A stretch of 64,000 nt of DNA, from the NCBI GenBank assembly GCA_035193785.1, contig CP136572.1, positions 640,001-704,000 of the forward strand. The letters run 5' to 3'. The stretch comes from Planktothrix sp. GU0601_MAG3 (GTDB lineage: Bacteria > Cyanobacteriota > Cyanobacteriia > Cyanobacteriales > Microcoleaceae). Below are positions 32,372 through 42,534 of this stretch, in pieces (the stretch's first letter is position 1; every line of letters begins with the position of its first letter). Under the pieces are notes generated by a model that saw only the letters and a program-made list of their open reading frames with translations, was not told the origin of the DNA and searched no databases. Made by a program: the position numbers and the translations under genes.

Positions 32372-33423
32372 TCACCTCCCCACCAAGGTTATGCAGTCCA
32401 AATCTTTTTCGTCTCCCCAGTTAATTACAATTTGCTCTTTTATTATTAATCCCGACCCAGTAGCGTATTCTGCAAATAATTCTTTAGTCATATAATTTCT
32501 GGCATGAGGGTTTTCTGTCCATAATGCTTAAAATTATTATTTGGATAATTAGAATGATGGTAGAGAGCTAATCCACCGGGAACAAGTATTCTTTTTGTGT
32601 CCTGCAAATATGATAAAACACACCTGTGATCAAAGTGAACCATAGCGTCATAGCAAAAAATTGACCTGACCGAGTTATCGGGAATCGGCTGAAAATTAAT
32701 TCCATTGTTTTTTATAACCTCAAAGTTTTTTTCATTCTTGAATCTTTCGGTGCAAAATTCAATATTGGATGTATTTATATCCATCATGATTAATTTTTGT
32801 GCTTTACCTCTCAGCTTTTCACCATGACGACCATGACCGCAAGCTAACTCTAAAACATGAGTTAAATCTAATTGGTTAAAAAGTTTTTTAAAACAGGTAT
32901 TCTCATCCCAAAAACCCTGTAAACCCTTTTCAGCTTTTTCGTAGTAAGGACTTTCTATCCAATTATTTCCTATACTATTAGCTATTGATAGTAAACCACC
33001 TTTAGATAAATATTTCTCATATTTGATAGTGGCAAGCTTAACTATTGTTCCATCGTCGAAAATTGCTTCTAAAATAATTTCCCCATTATTAGATAGTTCA
33101 TCCATTTTAACATACTCTAAAAAACCAGATAATTCCGAATTAGGGAAATCAGGATAATTTAGGGTAACATCCGGCCTTGAACGCTCAACTTTAGTTTCTG
33201 TTATGATTTTTTCTGAAGTACAAAATCTAATAAATTTTACTGATTGCTTTTTACCTATGATCCAACCCGTAAAAAAAATGTTCTCACCAAATTCAGTAAT
33301 TTTATTATGAATATTTGGGCTTTCTAGGTGAAAAATGTGATCGAGAGCCGTTTTATTTCCCAAAAATGTTATTTCTTTGACACAAGTTTTCTTGGATAAT
33401 AAAAGATCATTAAAGCCTTGCAT
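32372..33423 (-). CDS. Same N-terminal module plus class I SAM methyltransferase; 2-bp insertion at 32510-32515
   Basis: VLELACGHGRH, MDIN, YDAMVHF, LVPGG. Repaired tail NPHARNYM...DCITLVGR*. Confidence 0.8.
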
Positions 33424-33567
33424 AAAATATTACTCCCCAAAATTTATAAGTTAAAGTTTTTTCTAAATTATGCCCTAAAATTGCCTCAAGCATTTGATGC
33501 CGTAGTAAATCTTGACTTTAAACTAATACTGCTTTTTTTGCGAGGTTTACATGAAATAGGGATGTTA
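33001..33567. repeat. ~560-bp direct repeat, copy 2
   Basis: Near-identical to 31750-32311. Confidence 0.9.
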
Positions 33568-33696
33568 GCTTCAACCATTCTAAATCTGTTAATAACATAA
33601 TTTTGATTCACAATATCATCCTTGCCTACCATAATATAATTTTGGTTTTTTGTCAAATTTGATTCTATACTTTCCCTTTGCTATTGCCAACATTGA

Positions 33697-33890
33697 CTCA
33701 CGTTTGATAACTTCTACTTTACCTTCATCTATACCTTGAATCCAAATCCCAAATATTATCTGTGACAACAGTTTTCCCACCAAAGTTCCTAATCAAAAAA
33801 TTTTCAAGGGATGAACTTCCTGTTTTGGGAACACAGATAAACGGCAAATTTATGTGGATAAATAAATTTGCCATGAGTTACACCTCAATT
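33697..33890 (-). pseudogene. Internally deleted remnant of a duplicate of the 30119-30796 sulfotransferase
   Basis: 33746-33890 matches 30668-30812 and 33697-33737 matches 30311-30351. Confidence 0.8.
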
Positions 33891-33921
33891 TATTATTTAA
33901 TGTCTTTGCTCATTCAGTCTC

Positions 33922-34752
33922 TTAGCCTTGTCTAGAAAATACCATAATGGCAATAGGATCTACAGGTGATAACGAAAATTTGACTAACTTAAATAAATCT
34001 GAATAGGCCTGACGGGCATAGGCTTCAGGGATAAAAGTTTCTCCGTAAAAATCTCCGTTTAACTCACCCCCTCCAGTAACTCCTTTGATGTTAGAGTGGA
34101 GAAATTTACCTTGGTTATAATCTGCTCTGGCCTGATCAAAATCATGAAACAAAATACTGAGAGCTTTAGGATAGCCTGAAACATCTTTCTGCTTCAAACT
34201 TTCACAATAATTCAAAAACGAAATGGCTCTAGTCGTTAAAATTAAGACACCATTCGGCTCCAAAATTCGGTGAAATTCCTCCATCCATGAGCGACAAGCT
34301 TTCTCTGATAAGTGGGAAAATACAGAATAACCGACAATATGAGTAAATTGATTGTTTTTAAATTCCGTTGGGGGAAAAGCAGAGCCTTGGAAGAAATTAT
34401 CACTTTCAAATAAGTCTTTGCAAATAGAAATAAAATTTCTTTGAACATCTAAGCCAAAAATACGAGATATCGGTACTTCCCTGAGAAAAAATCTAGCTAT
34501 TCTACCCCAACCCACCCCAAAATCAAGCAAAACACTTTCTGCCGATAGAGGTTTCCCGATAGAATTACATGAAGAAATACAAAACGTATAGAATTCAAAG
34601 GCTTGTTTTAACGTTCTCTCTCCTGATACACCTGTTGTCCGAGTTTGTAATTCTGATGATGGGAACTTGGGCAGCTTAAACCCATTAAACAAAATTTCTT
34701 GCTCTTGGCTTTCACAAACTAGCTTAAACCATTCTAAATCTGTTAATAACAT
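33922..34752 (-). CDS. Class I SAM methyltransferase
   Basis: LLDFGVGWGRIAR, GLDV, YSVFSHLSE, ILEPNG. Confidence 0.85.
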   Translation of the reverse strand: MLLTDLEWFKLVCESQEQEILFNGFKLPKFPSSELQTRTTGVSGERTLKQAFEFYTFCISSCNSIGKPLSAESVLLDFGVGWGRIARFFLREVPISRIFGLDVQRNFISICKDLFESDNFFQGSAFPPTEFKNNQFTHIVGYSVFSHLSEKACRSWMEEFHRILEPNGVLILTTRAISFLNYCESLKQKDVSGYPKALSILFHDFDQARADYNQGKFLHSNIKGVTGGGELNGDFYGETFIPEAYARQAYSDLFKLVKFSLSPVDPIAIMVFSRQG

Positions 34753-34859
34753 GATTTTGCTCCACAATATCCGCTTCCCCCATCATAATATAATTTTGGT
34801 TTTTGATCAAATTTGAGTCTATACTTTACCTTTGCTATTGCCAACATTGACGGAGGAAA

Positions 34860-34961
34860 CGCAAGAGAAGATTTGTCAGTCCAACAAAACACAGAGTCTA
34901 AATATTTATGCAGATGGGGAGCCTGACTATCCCTAGGTATTATAACTGAAACTTTGGTCAT
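34860..34961 (-). pseudogene. Degenerate N-terminal fragment of a GT2 glycosyltransferase
   Basis: MTKVSVIIP...L.K.LDSV then loses similarity. Confidence 0.5.
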
Positions 34962-34967
34962 ATTGGT

Positions 34968-36222
34968 TTACCAACCCACCTCTGTGTGATGGGATTGCTG
35001 AATTAAAGACTGAATTAACTGCAAAATCTTAGGAGATAAAACAGTTTCGTTATAAAGTTCATTAACTTTTCTGTAGGCATTTTCTCCCATTTCCTGTCTA
35101 AGTCGAGGATTATTGTAAAGTGTAGCTATTTTTTCCGCCATCACTCCCAAATTTAAGTAAGGAGCCAGTAATCCAGCATCTGACTCGACAAATTCTGTTA
35201 CTCCACCAGAAACCATCAAACCCAACGACTGGAAGTTTACAAAGCCCTGCTTCCAACATGACTAACGGAAAAGGATCTTCCCGAGAAAGAAGTAAGAACA
35301 CATCGGCACAACTCATGTAATTAAGCGGATAGTTCTGATGTCCCGTGAAGATAATATTATTTTCCAATCCAGCTTTTTCTATAGCATATTTCATTTCTGC
35401 CTCAGAAAGTGGATTCATCCAGTTGCCCACCCAGATACAAACAAACTTTTTTGGGAGTGCTAATTTTTCCTTTAAAATAACCAGTAAAGGAAGTATTAGA
35501 TCTCCTCCTTTTCGCCAATCTAAAGTTCCACAGCAAGCGATAATAAAAGTATCTTCTGAAAGATTTAGATCTTGCCTCATTTGTTGGCGATTTTTTTCTT
35601 CAGATACGAGTTTTTTAGTAGGAATAAACGCATGAATAACATCAATTTTTTCAGGACGGACAAGACAATTATTAACTAAATTATCTTTAACGGCATTAGA
35701 ACAAGCAATCCAATGAGGATTGTACTTGAATAAACGGTTAAAGTTTTCTATACCTAGCCTATGATTAATCCAAAATTTTAACTCGTGGACATGAATAATA
35801 ATAGGACTAGGAATTCTCTCGATAGAATCCAGCAAGGCTCCCAGTACAGAAGTATTGACATAAACTAAAGAGTAATAACCAGATCGAATAGCGGTAATAT
35901 TCTCTGGGAGACCAGTGCTAGAGTCAATGAAATGGACTTTACCACATTTCTGCACACGCTCTAAAACAAATTGTCCTTGTTCTCCATAATTAGGAATATT
36001 TGTCTGCCAAATATTGATTAATACTTCTTTAGGCATTGCCGGATGGTGTTGACTCATCCATTCTAAAAGCCTGACTAAAAACAACTGTGCCCCGGCTGAA
36101 GCGATATCATGAAGAATGAACAAGACTGGTTTAGCAGTCTCTTGTAAATTTAGGATATTTTTTTGTTTTTGAGCCAATTTTTCATTAAACCATAGCTCCC
36201 ACCTTTGCAATTCAGAATTCAT
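34968..36222 (-). CDS. GT4 glycosyltransferase; insertion at 35209-35213
   Basis: GAQLFL, HVHEL, WRKGGD, DVFLLLSREDPFPLVMLEA, repaired F.GSGG..EFV. Confidence 0.85.
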
Positions 36223-36276
36223 TTGAGTTACCTAGATATTTGGATAGTTGAGATAATGCTTACCAATTAATAATGC

Positions 36277-38462
36277 TTACTGATTAATACAAAATCGGCT
36301 AATTAATAAATCTAAAGGAAAGTTGTGTCCCCTCCAATTTTGGACTTTTTGGCACATAGAAAGAATGTTATTTTCACCAAAGTTGCGAATATAATCTGGC
36401 GAAAATCGAAGTGTAAACCAATCTATGAGCAAGTAAAAAGCTCTACTTTCTATCTGTTTTAGCTCCTCTCCCTCCAAGTTAAGTAAATCAATAATATGAC
36501 TCCAAACATCAAACTGTTTCCTTGAGTTTAAGTTCCTCTTTCAATGTTTGAGTCTCGCTAGTATCATGAGTTCTGTAATATCCTAAACCAGTTGAGATAA
36601 AATATAGATCTGATACTAACGCTATTCTTAGCCACATCTCATAATCTCCGGCAAACAAATATTGAGGATTAAAAACCCCCACTCGCTCCAATATAGTTTT
36701 CCTAAACATGGTAAAAGGAGCGCACATCGGATTTGTTTTGCCCGCATTGTCAATTACCCATTCTCTACCTAAGCAAAATTCATCTTGAGGAAATTCAGCC
36801 CACCCCCATTGTGAAACGAGTAGATTATCTTCATTAATCAGTTGAATAGATGAAGTCACAAGACCAACAGACGAATAATTATCTAAAATTTCCACCTTTT
36901 TTTCAATATTTTCAGGCCCCATTATATCATCTTGAGCAAAAACAGTAATGTATTCTCCCATGGCATATTTCAGAGTCTGATTCCAGTTAGAAAATAAACC
37001 TAATCTAGCCGGGTTTTTATAATATTTAATTCGAGGATCAATGGCTTCATATTTTTTTAACACATCCGGGGTGTTATCCGTTGAGTTGTCATCGCAAATA
37101 ATGACTTCTATATTTTCAAAGGTTTGTTCTAAAATACTATCCAAAGATTGGGCTAGAAATTTACCAGAATTATAGGTTGGTAAACAGATAGTCACTTTTG
37201 GAATTAAGTTTTTATTATAAAAATGGAGTGATTTTTGAGATCGCGTAGATTTCTGAAAATGTTGAAGTTGATCTAAATTTTGGAAAACATCTTGAACGGT
37301 TGACAAAATATTTTGAAACATTAGTTCTTCTCTAAAGAGTTGCATGGCTCTGAGTTGACAAGATTGACCAACTTGACTCCTCAAATTTGAATCAGTAACC
37401 CATAGCTTAATTGTGGTTACTAATTGATCTATAGCTTCATCCGGGTAGTCGGTGGGGCTAGGTAAAAGTTGACCCGTATTGCCCAGTTTCTTCAGGAATA
37501 CCACTGACAGCAGATGCAACTACTGGGAGCGCTTTTCCCATAGCTTCCATAATAGATAAGGGCATACCTTCTAGTTTACTTGACAGAACAAAAATGTCAC
37601 TAGCATCTAAGATATCTGGCATATCTGTACGACCAGCAATAATTCTAACTCGCTCTCCTATCCCTAATCCATCTATGATCTCCTCAAAATAAGGCCTTAG
37701 ATCATCGCCACTATCTCCTCCACCTACCCAAAGAAAATAAAGATCTTTCCAACAAATCCTATCTTGTCTTAAGTCATTAATTGCTTCTATTAAATACTCA
37801 TACCCTTTTAGATTAGTAAACCGAGCCGTTGTCAAACAAACAATAGCACTTTCGGGAATTTCTAATTCAGTTCTTAAACGCCGACGTACTGCTTGATTCT
37901 GGGGTTGAAAGAACTGAGAAGGACGACCATAATGAATAACTTTTCCTTTGTCCTGTGGTAAACCATATAAATCAACCAAAAGGTTTAAGTTTTCTTGAGA
38001 AACAGCTATAACTTTTTCAGAACCCTGATAAAGCTCTGTCAGAGTTTTATTATAATTAATGCCATCGTTATTATGAGTAAACTTATGGTTATATGGATCT
38101 ACTATACCTAGTACAATCATGTAGGGTATTCTTAAAGATTTTGCGGCACGCTTGGCTGCAAAATCACTCATAACCCAGCCATCGCTGAAAAAGATTAAGT
38201 CGGGTTTAATTGTTTTAAACAGATTTTGAGGGTTAGCAAAATCTTTTAAGGAAACCTCAAAATTTCTGGCTGCATCAAAATCAAGCCAAATATGGTTAAC
38301 TCCCAAACTTTCTTCCAGTTCAAGTTTTAGACCCGAATATCGACTCTGTACGGAGGTAACTTGATAACCGGCTTTCCCCAAACAACAAAGAAGTTGATGG
38401 TTATATTCAGCTACGCCACCAACTTGAGGGTTCTCCGAATAAACTAATATATGCTTGTTCAT
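36277..38462 (-). CDS. GT4-GT2 bifunctional glycosyltransferase (~727 aa); insertions at 37486-37490 and 36516-36520
   Basis: GGVAEY, EGMPLSIMEAM (GT4). VTICLPTYN, DDNSTD, AQDD (GT2). The three ORFs join in frame. Confidence 0.85.
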
Positions 38463-38488
38463 AGTTTTAAAACGACTTTTTTATTAAT

Positions 38489-41101
38489 TTAATAGGGAAG
38501 GAAATCAAAAACTCGATTCAACTGAGACTCATAGATTTTTTGCTGATAGTCACCTGCAATTGCATTGACGGTTAGAATGTCATTAGGTTGTAAATTTACT
38601 TTGTCTATATCATAGTTGCAATACCAGCCAGAACGACAATATTTATTTCCATAAGCTTGTGCTATATCGGGACGTATATATATCACTCTCGTCGCACAGA
38701 TTTTTTGGTTGTTAATAGAGATATGAATGCGAACAGAACTGACTTGACCGGATTTATTTTGGTCTCTGATAAACGCCCATCCACCTAAGTAAAGCCTGCT
38801 AGGTGAAACTAAACGGAGAGCGTCCAGAATACCAATGATATGTTCTCCTTCTATGGAATTTGGATTAAACTCTTTAGGTTTCCAACTTAAAATTAAGTTT
38901 CTCAACACAAGTACCTTGAGTGATAGGATTCAGGGAGTTTTGAACTTCTCTCGATTTTCTGTCAAATCTTTGAGAAATTGTTCGTGTAGTCAAAATTTCT
39001 AAATCTTGCAAAATTTTAGCAGAGATTGTGGTCAAATTTTGAAAATCTTTTAAGTGTGAAATCAGAGACTTCCTTTTGAAAATTAGTTTCCCCATAAGTT
39101 TCTCTGATTCTTCGTTATTGTTAGTTTTTAATCTGAGTATTAAAATTGATTTTTCATCAAAGAAAGGTATTTGCTTTAAACTAATTGTATCTTGGAAAGC
39201 ATTGAATTGGCGTTGAATTTCTGGATAAGCATTGGCTACATCTAAGCGATACAAATTTACAGAAATTTCTTGAACTACTCGATATCCTGAAGTTAATTCT
39301 ATAGTCAAATTTTCGGCACTATTTTTAAGCAGTATCCAACCCGAAAAAAAGATTGAATTCATCGTCAATTCGCTAGACTGCTTTGGTGAGTCTAGATTTA
39401 AAATAATGTGTTCTGAATGATGAAATATTTCTACAGAATCAATCCAAGTTATTTCTTGATTTTCTATTAAAGTTGTTAGTGCATCGATATCTGGATCTTC
39501 GGCAGCTATTTTATTAGCTAAATTTACAAGACAGTGTTCAAGATCCTCGGCATTCTCAATCGCAGAGTGCCTTAACAAATAAATAGCATTTTCTATACTA
39601 TGCTGGCCTAATAAAGCTTTTTGCGTTGCTTCAAGATATGCGTGTCCATATTTTTGATCGGGTTCTAAGTGTGCTCCTTCCGCCCATTCATTCCAGGCGT
39701 TAATAAAAATTATTTTTTCAGAACTGCTAGAATTTTTTAGGACTTTTTCAATAGTCCCCCGCAGCCACAATTCATAGTTTTCTGGTTTCTGAGTTTAACC
39801 AAACAGTGGCATTTTTTTGACGCCGAGCAGTATTGTCCCAGGATGTCATAATGGTAGGGAAAAGCTGATAATCAGGGAATTTTTCCTTTAGGGTATTGAT
39901 TCCTGCCTGTTTGTAGTCATGAACTGCACCAGAAAAGTTATTATTGCTTACTAATTCAGGCATAGACAGAGGGAAGCTAGAAATGCTATTTGGCGGAAAC
40001 TGCACCCCAGAATCACAACCTAATTCTACTGGATTGTGTAAACCAAAACCTAGTACACCTGCAATATGTACTTCCCCAATACCCCGTTCCCGAAAAACCT
40101 GCCTCCATATTGAAATAGCTTCTTTTGGTTTGGGTAGATGGGCAATCCTATAAACTAAAATTAAGGGATGACCTTGAACACGAATATAACGAGGATCACT
40201 CAAGTAGGGAATCAGACTTTCAGCAAAATCCTGATAACTTCCATCAGAATATTCTTGAGCGATTAAAATTTCTTGCTCTAAACCATCCCATCGCCGAGTC
40301 CAGTTTTCGTTAGCCCAACAGATACAAAAGGGAAAATCTGGCTTTCCGCTAGTGAGCATATCGTCTAAAGGATACTCAAGCAAACGCTTACCATTAAACC
40401 AATAGTAGTAGTAACAAAATCCATAGACCCCATACCTTTTGGCTAAATCTGCCTGGGCTTCTCGTACTTCCGGTAAACGCAAATCATAGAAACCTAAATC
40501 TGCTGGTAAGTGAGGTTGATAGTGTCCTTTAAATAACGGTTTGGCTTTAGTCACATTCGTCCATTCAGTAAACCCTTTACCCCACCACTTGTCATTTTCT
40601 GGAATTGGATGATATTGTGGAAGATAGAAGGCAATCAAACGAACATCGGTAGTCTTACTATTTACTGTTAAATCTGATGCAGCATGGGGGATGTTTTTAG
40701 TTAGCGCTTTACCTCTAATCTGTTCCTGCTCCCAGTCTGTTAGAACTTGTTCGGATGTTCTTTGGCGTAAAAGTTGTTCAAGTCTTTCAATCAATTTAGG
40801 CTCAATCTCAACCGCCCGCCGCAAAAAAATATTTGCCTCCTCAAAGCATTCCTGTTCACACAACAGTTTCACCCAAATGGTAGAGAGACCAGGAATCTTG
40901 GGAATTTAGGGCTACAGCTTGACGAAAAGCCGTGATCGCATCTTCCACTTGGCCCACCTTCACCAAAACCTCCCCTAAATTTTGATAAGCACCATAGAAT
41001 TGTGGATTATGCTCAATCGCTTGCCGATAAGCGACCACTGCTTCTTCTAACTTTCCTTCTCTTAACAGTTGGTTGGCTTGCTGAAAGGCTGTAACCGTCA
41101 T
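38489..41101 (-). CDS. TPR plus WbsX/GH99-like glycan-active domain plus two beta-rich modules (~869 aa); insertions at 40866-40870, 39785-39789, 38878-38882
   Basis: IAFYLPQYHPIPEND.WWGKGFTEW, LGFYDL, CWANENW, WDNTARR, FINAWNEWAEGAHLEPD. Four ORFs join in frame. Confidence 0.82.
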
Positions 41102-41318
41102 GGATTCTTCGCTCTCAAAAAATAAAGGTTGCTGGTCTGGGATTTAGTCAACGTGAAACATCCTATCACAATTTCAACATTGAAACCGACAGGCGCAATT
41201 GGCAGAAAGACGATTAACCTGCTTAAAAGTTCCCCATAACTATATGCTAATCTTAGCTTATCATCTTCAAGTATCCAATTTTTTCTGGATATTATTCAAG
41301 AATAGAGGCCATTTTTTA

Positions 41319-41396
41319 ATGAATAATATCAACAGTTCTAGTCTTGATGAGCAAGATTATTATATATGGTTACAGGACACTTATCAAAAACAGTAG
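41319..41396 (+). pseudogene. N-terminal remnant of a DUF29 gene
   Basis: MNNINSSSLDEQDYYIWLQDT then stop; resembles the YEQDFYGW start of 23582. Confidence 0.5.
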
Positions 41397-41539
41397 TTGT
41401 GTCTATAATAGACAGGTTTAAAATCGCCCTATCATCCATAAACTATTCTAACGCAATTGGTGAATAAAATATTTTAGACATAATTTTAATTTTCTGAATT
41501 TAATGTTTATGGTTTAATATTGAAGCCCTGAAGGGCTTA

Positions 41540-42494
41540 CTACGATTGTCTGGCTTCGATCATCATTCTGACAACATCTGGCATTTTATATTGGGCTTTC
41601 CATCCTAACTTTTGCTCGGCTTTACTGGGATTTCCTCTACCCACCGTAATATCCGTAGGTCGTAATAAATTACTATCGGATTTAACATGAGTTTTCCAAT
41701 CTAATCCCACACAGGAAAAAGCTGTTTCTATAAACGATTCTAAATCATAAGTTTCCCCAGTGGCAATTACATAATCGTCGGGTTCTTGCTGCTGCAACAT
41801 TAAATACATGGCTTCTACATATTCCGGTGCCCAACCCCAATCTCTTTGAATAGAAATATCCCCTAAATAGAGTTTATCTTGTTTTCCAGCCGCAATATCA
41901 ATGGCTGCTTTAACAATTTTTTGAGTCACAAATCTTTCAGGACGCAGGGGAGATTCATGGTTAAATAAAATCCCAGAACAGGCAAATAAACCATAGGCTT
42001 CTCGATAGTTAGCTACTTCCCAAAAAGCGGTTGCTTTAGCTACAGCGTAGGGACTACGGGGGCGAAAGGGAGTATTTTCATCGGCGGGTAGTCCTTTTGT
42101 GTCCCCAAAGCATTCACTGGAAACTGGCGTTATAAAGTTTAATTTTTGCCTTGGTAAATCGAATCGCTTCTAATAAATTTAATGTTCCAATTGCCATGCT
42201 TTCTAAGGTTTCTACAGGCTGTTCAAAAGATAATCCTACTGAACTTTGACCGGCTAAATTATAGACTTCATCGGGTTGAATTTTAGTCAGGATTTGTAAT
42301 ACACTTCTAAAATCCGTTAGACTCATTGAATCTAGTTTGATTTTTTCTCGAATTCCTAGACGGGATAAATTGCTAAAAGAAGACATTTGAGCATCCCGGG
42401 ATGTGCCATAAACGGAATAACCTTGTTTTAACAATAGGTCAGCTAAATAAGCTCCATCCTGTCCCGATACGCCAGAAATTAATGCTGTTTTCAT
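41540..42494 (-). CDS. gmd: GDP-mannose 4,6-dehydratase; insertion at 42120-42124
   Basis: GVSGQDGAYLA, YNLAGQSSV, repaired ASSSECFG, PRSPYAVAK, LFNHESPLR, RDWGWA. Confidence 0.93.
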
Positions 42495-42534
42495 AACCAA
42501 TTGACAATCCTAATTTCAATTTTTAACAATAGAA

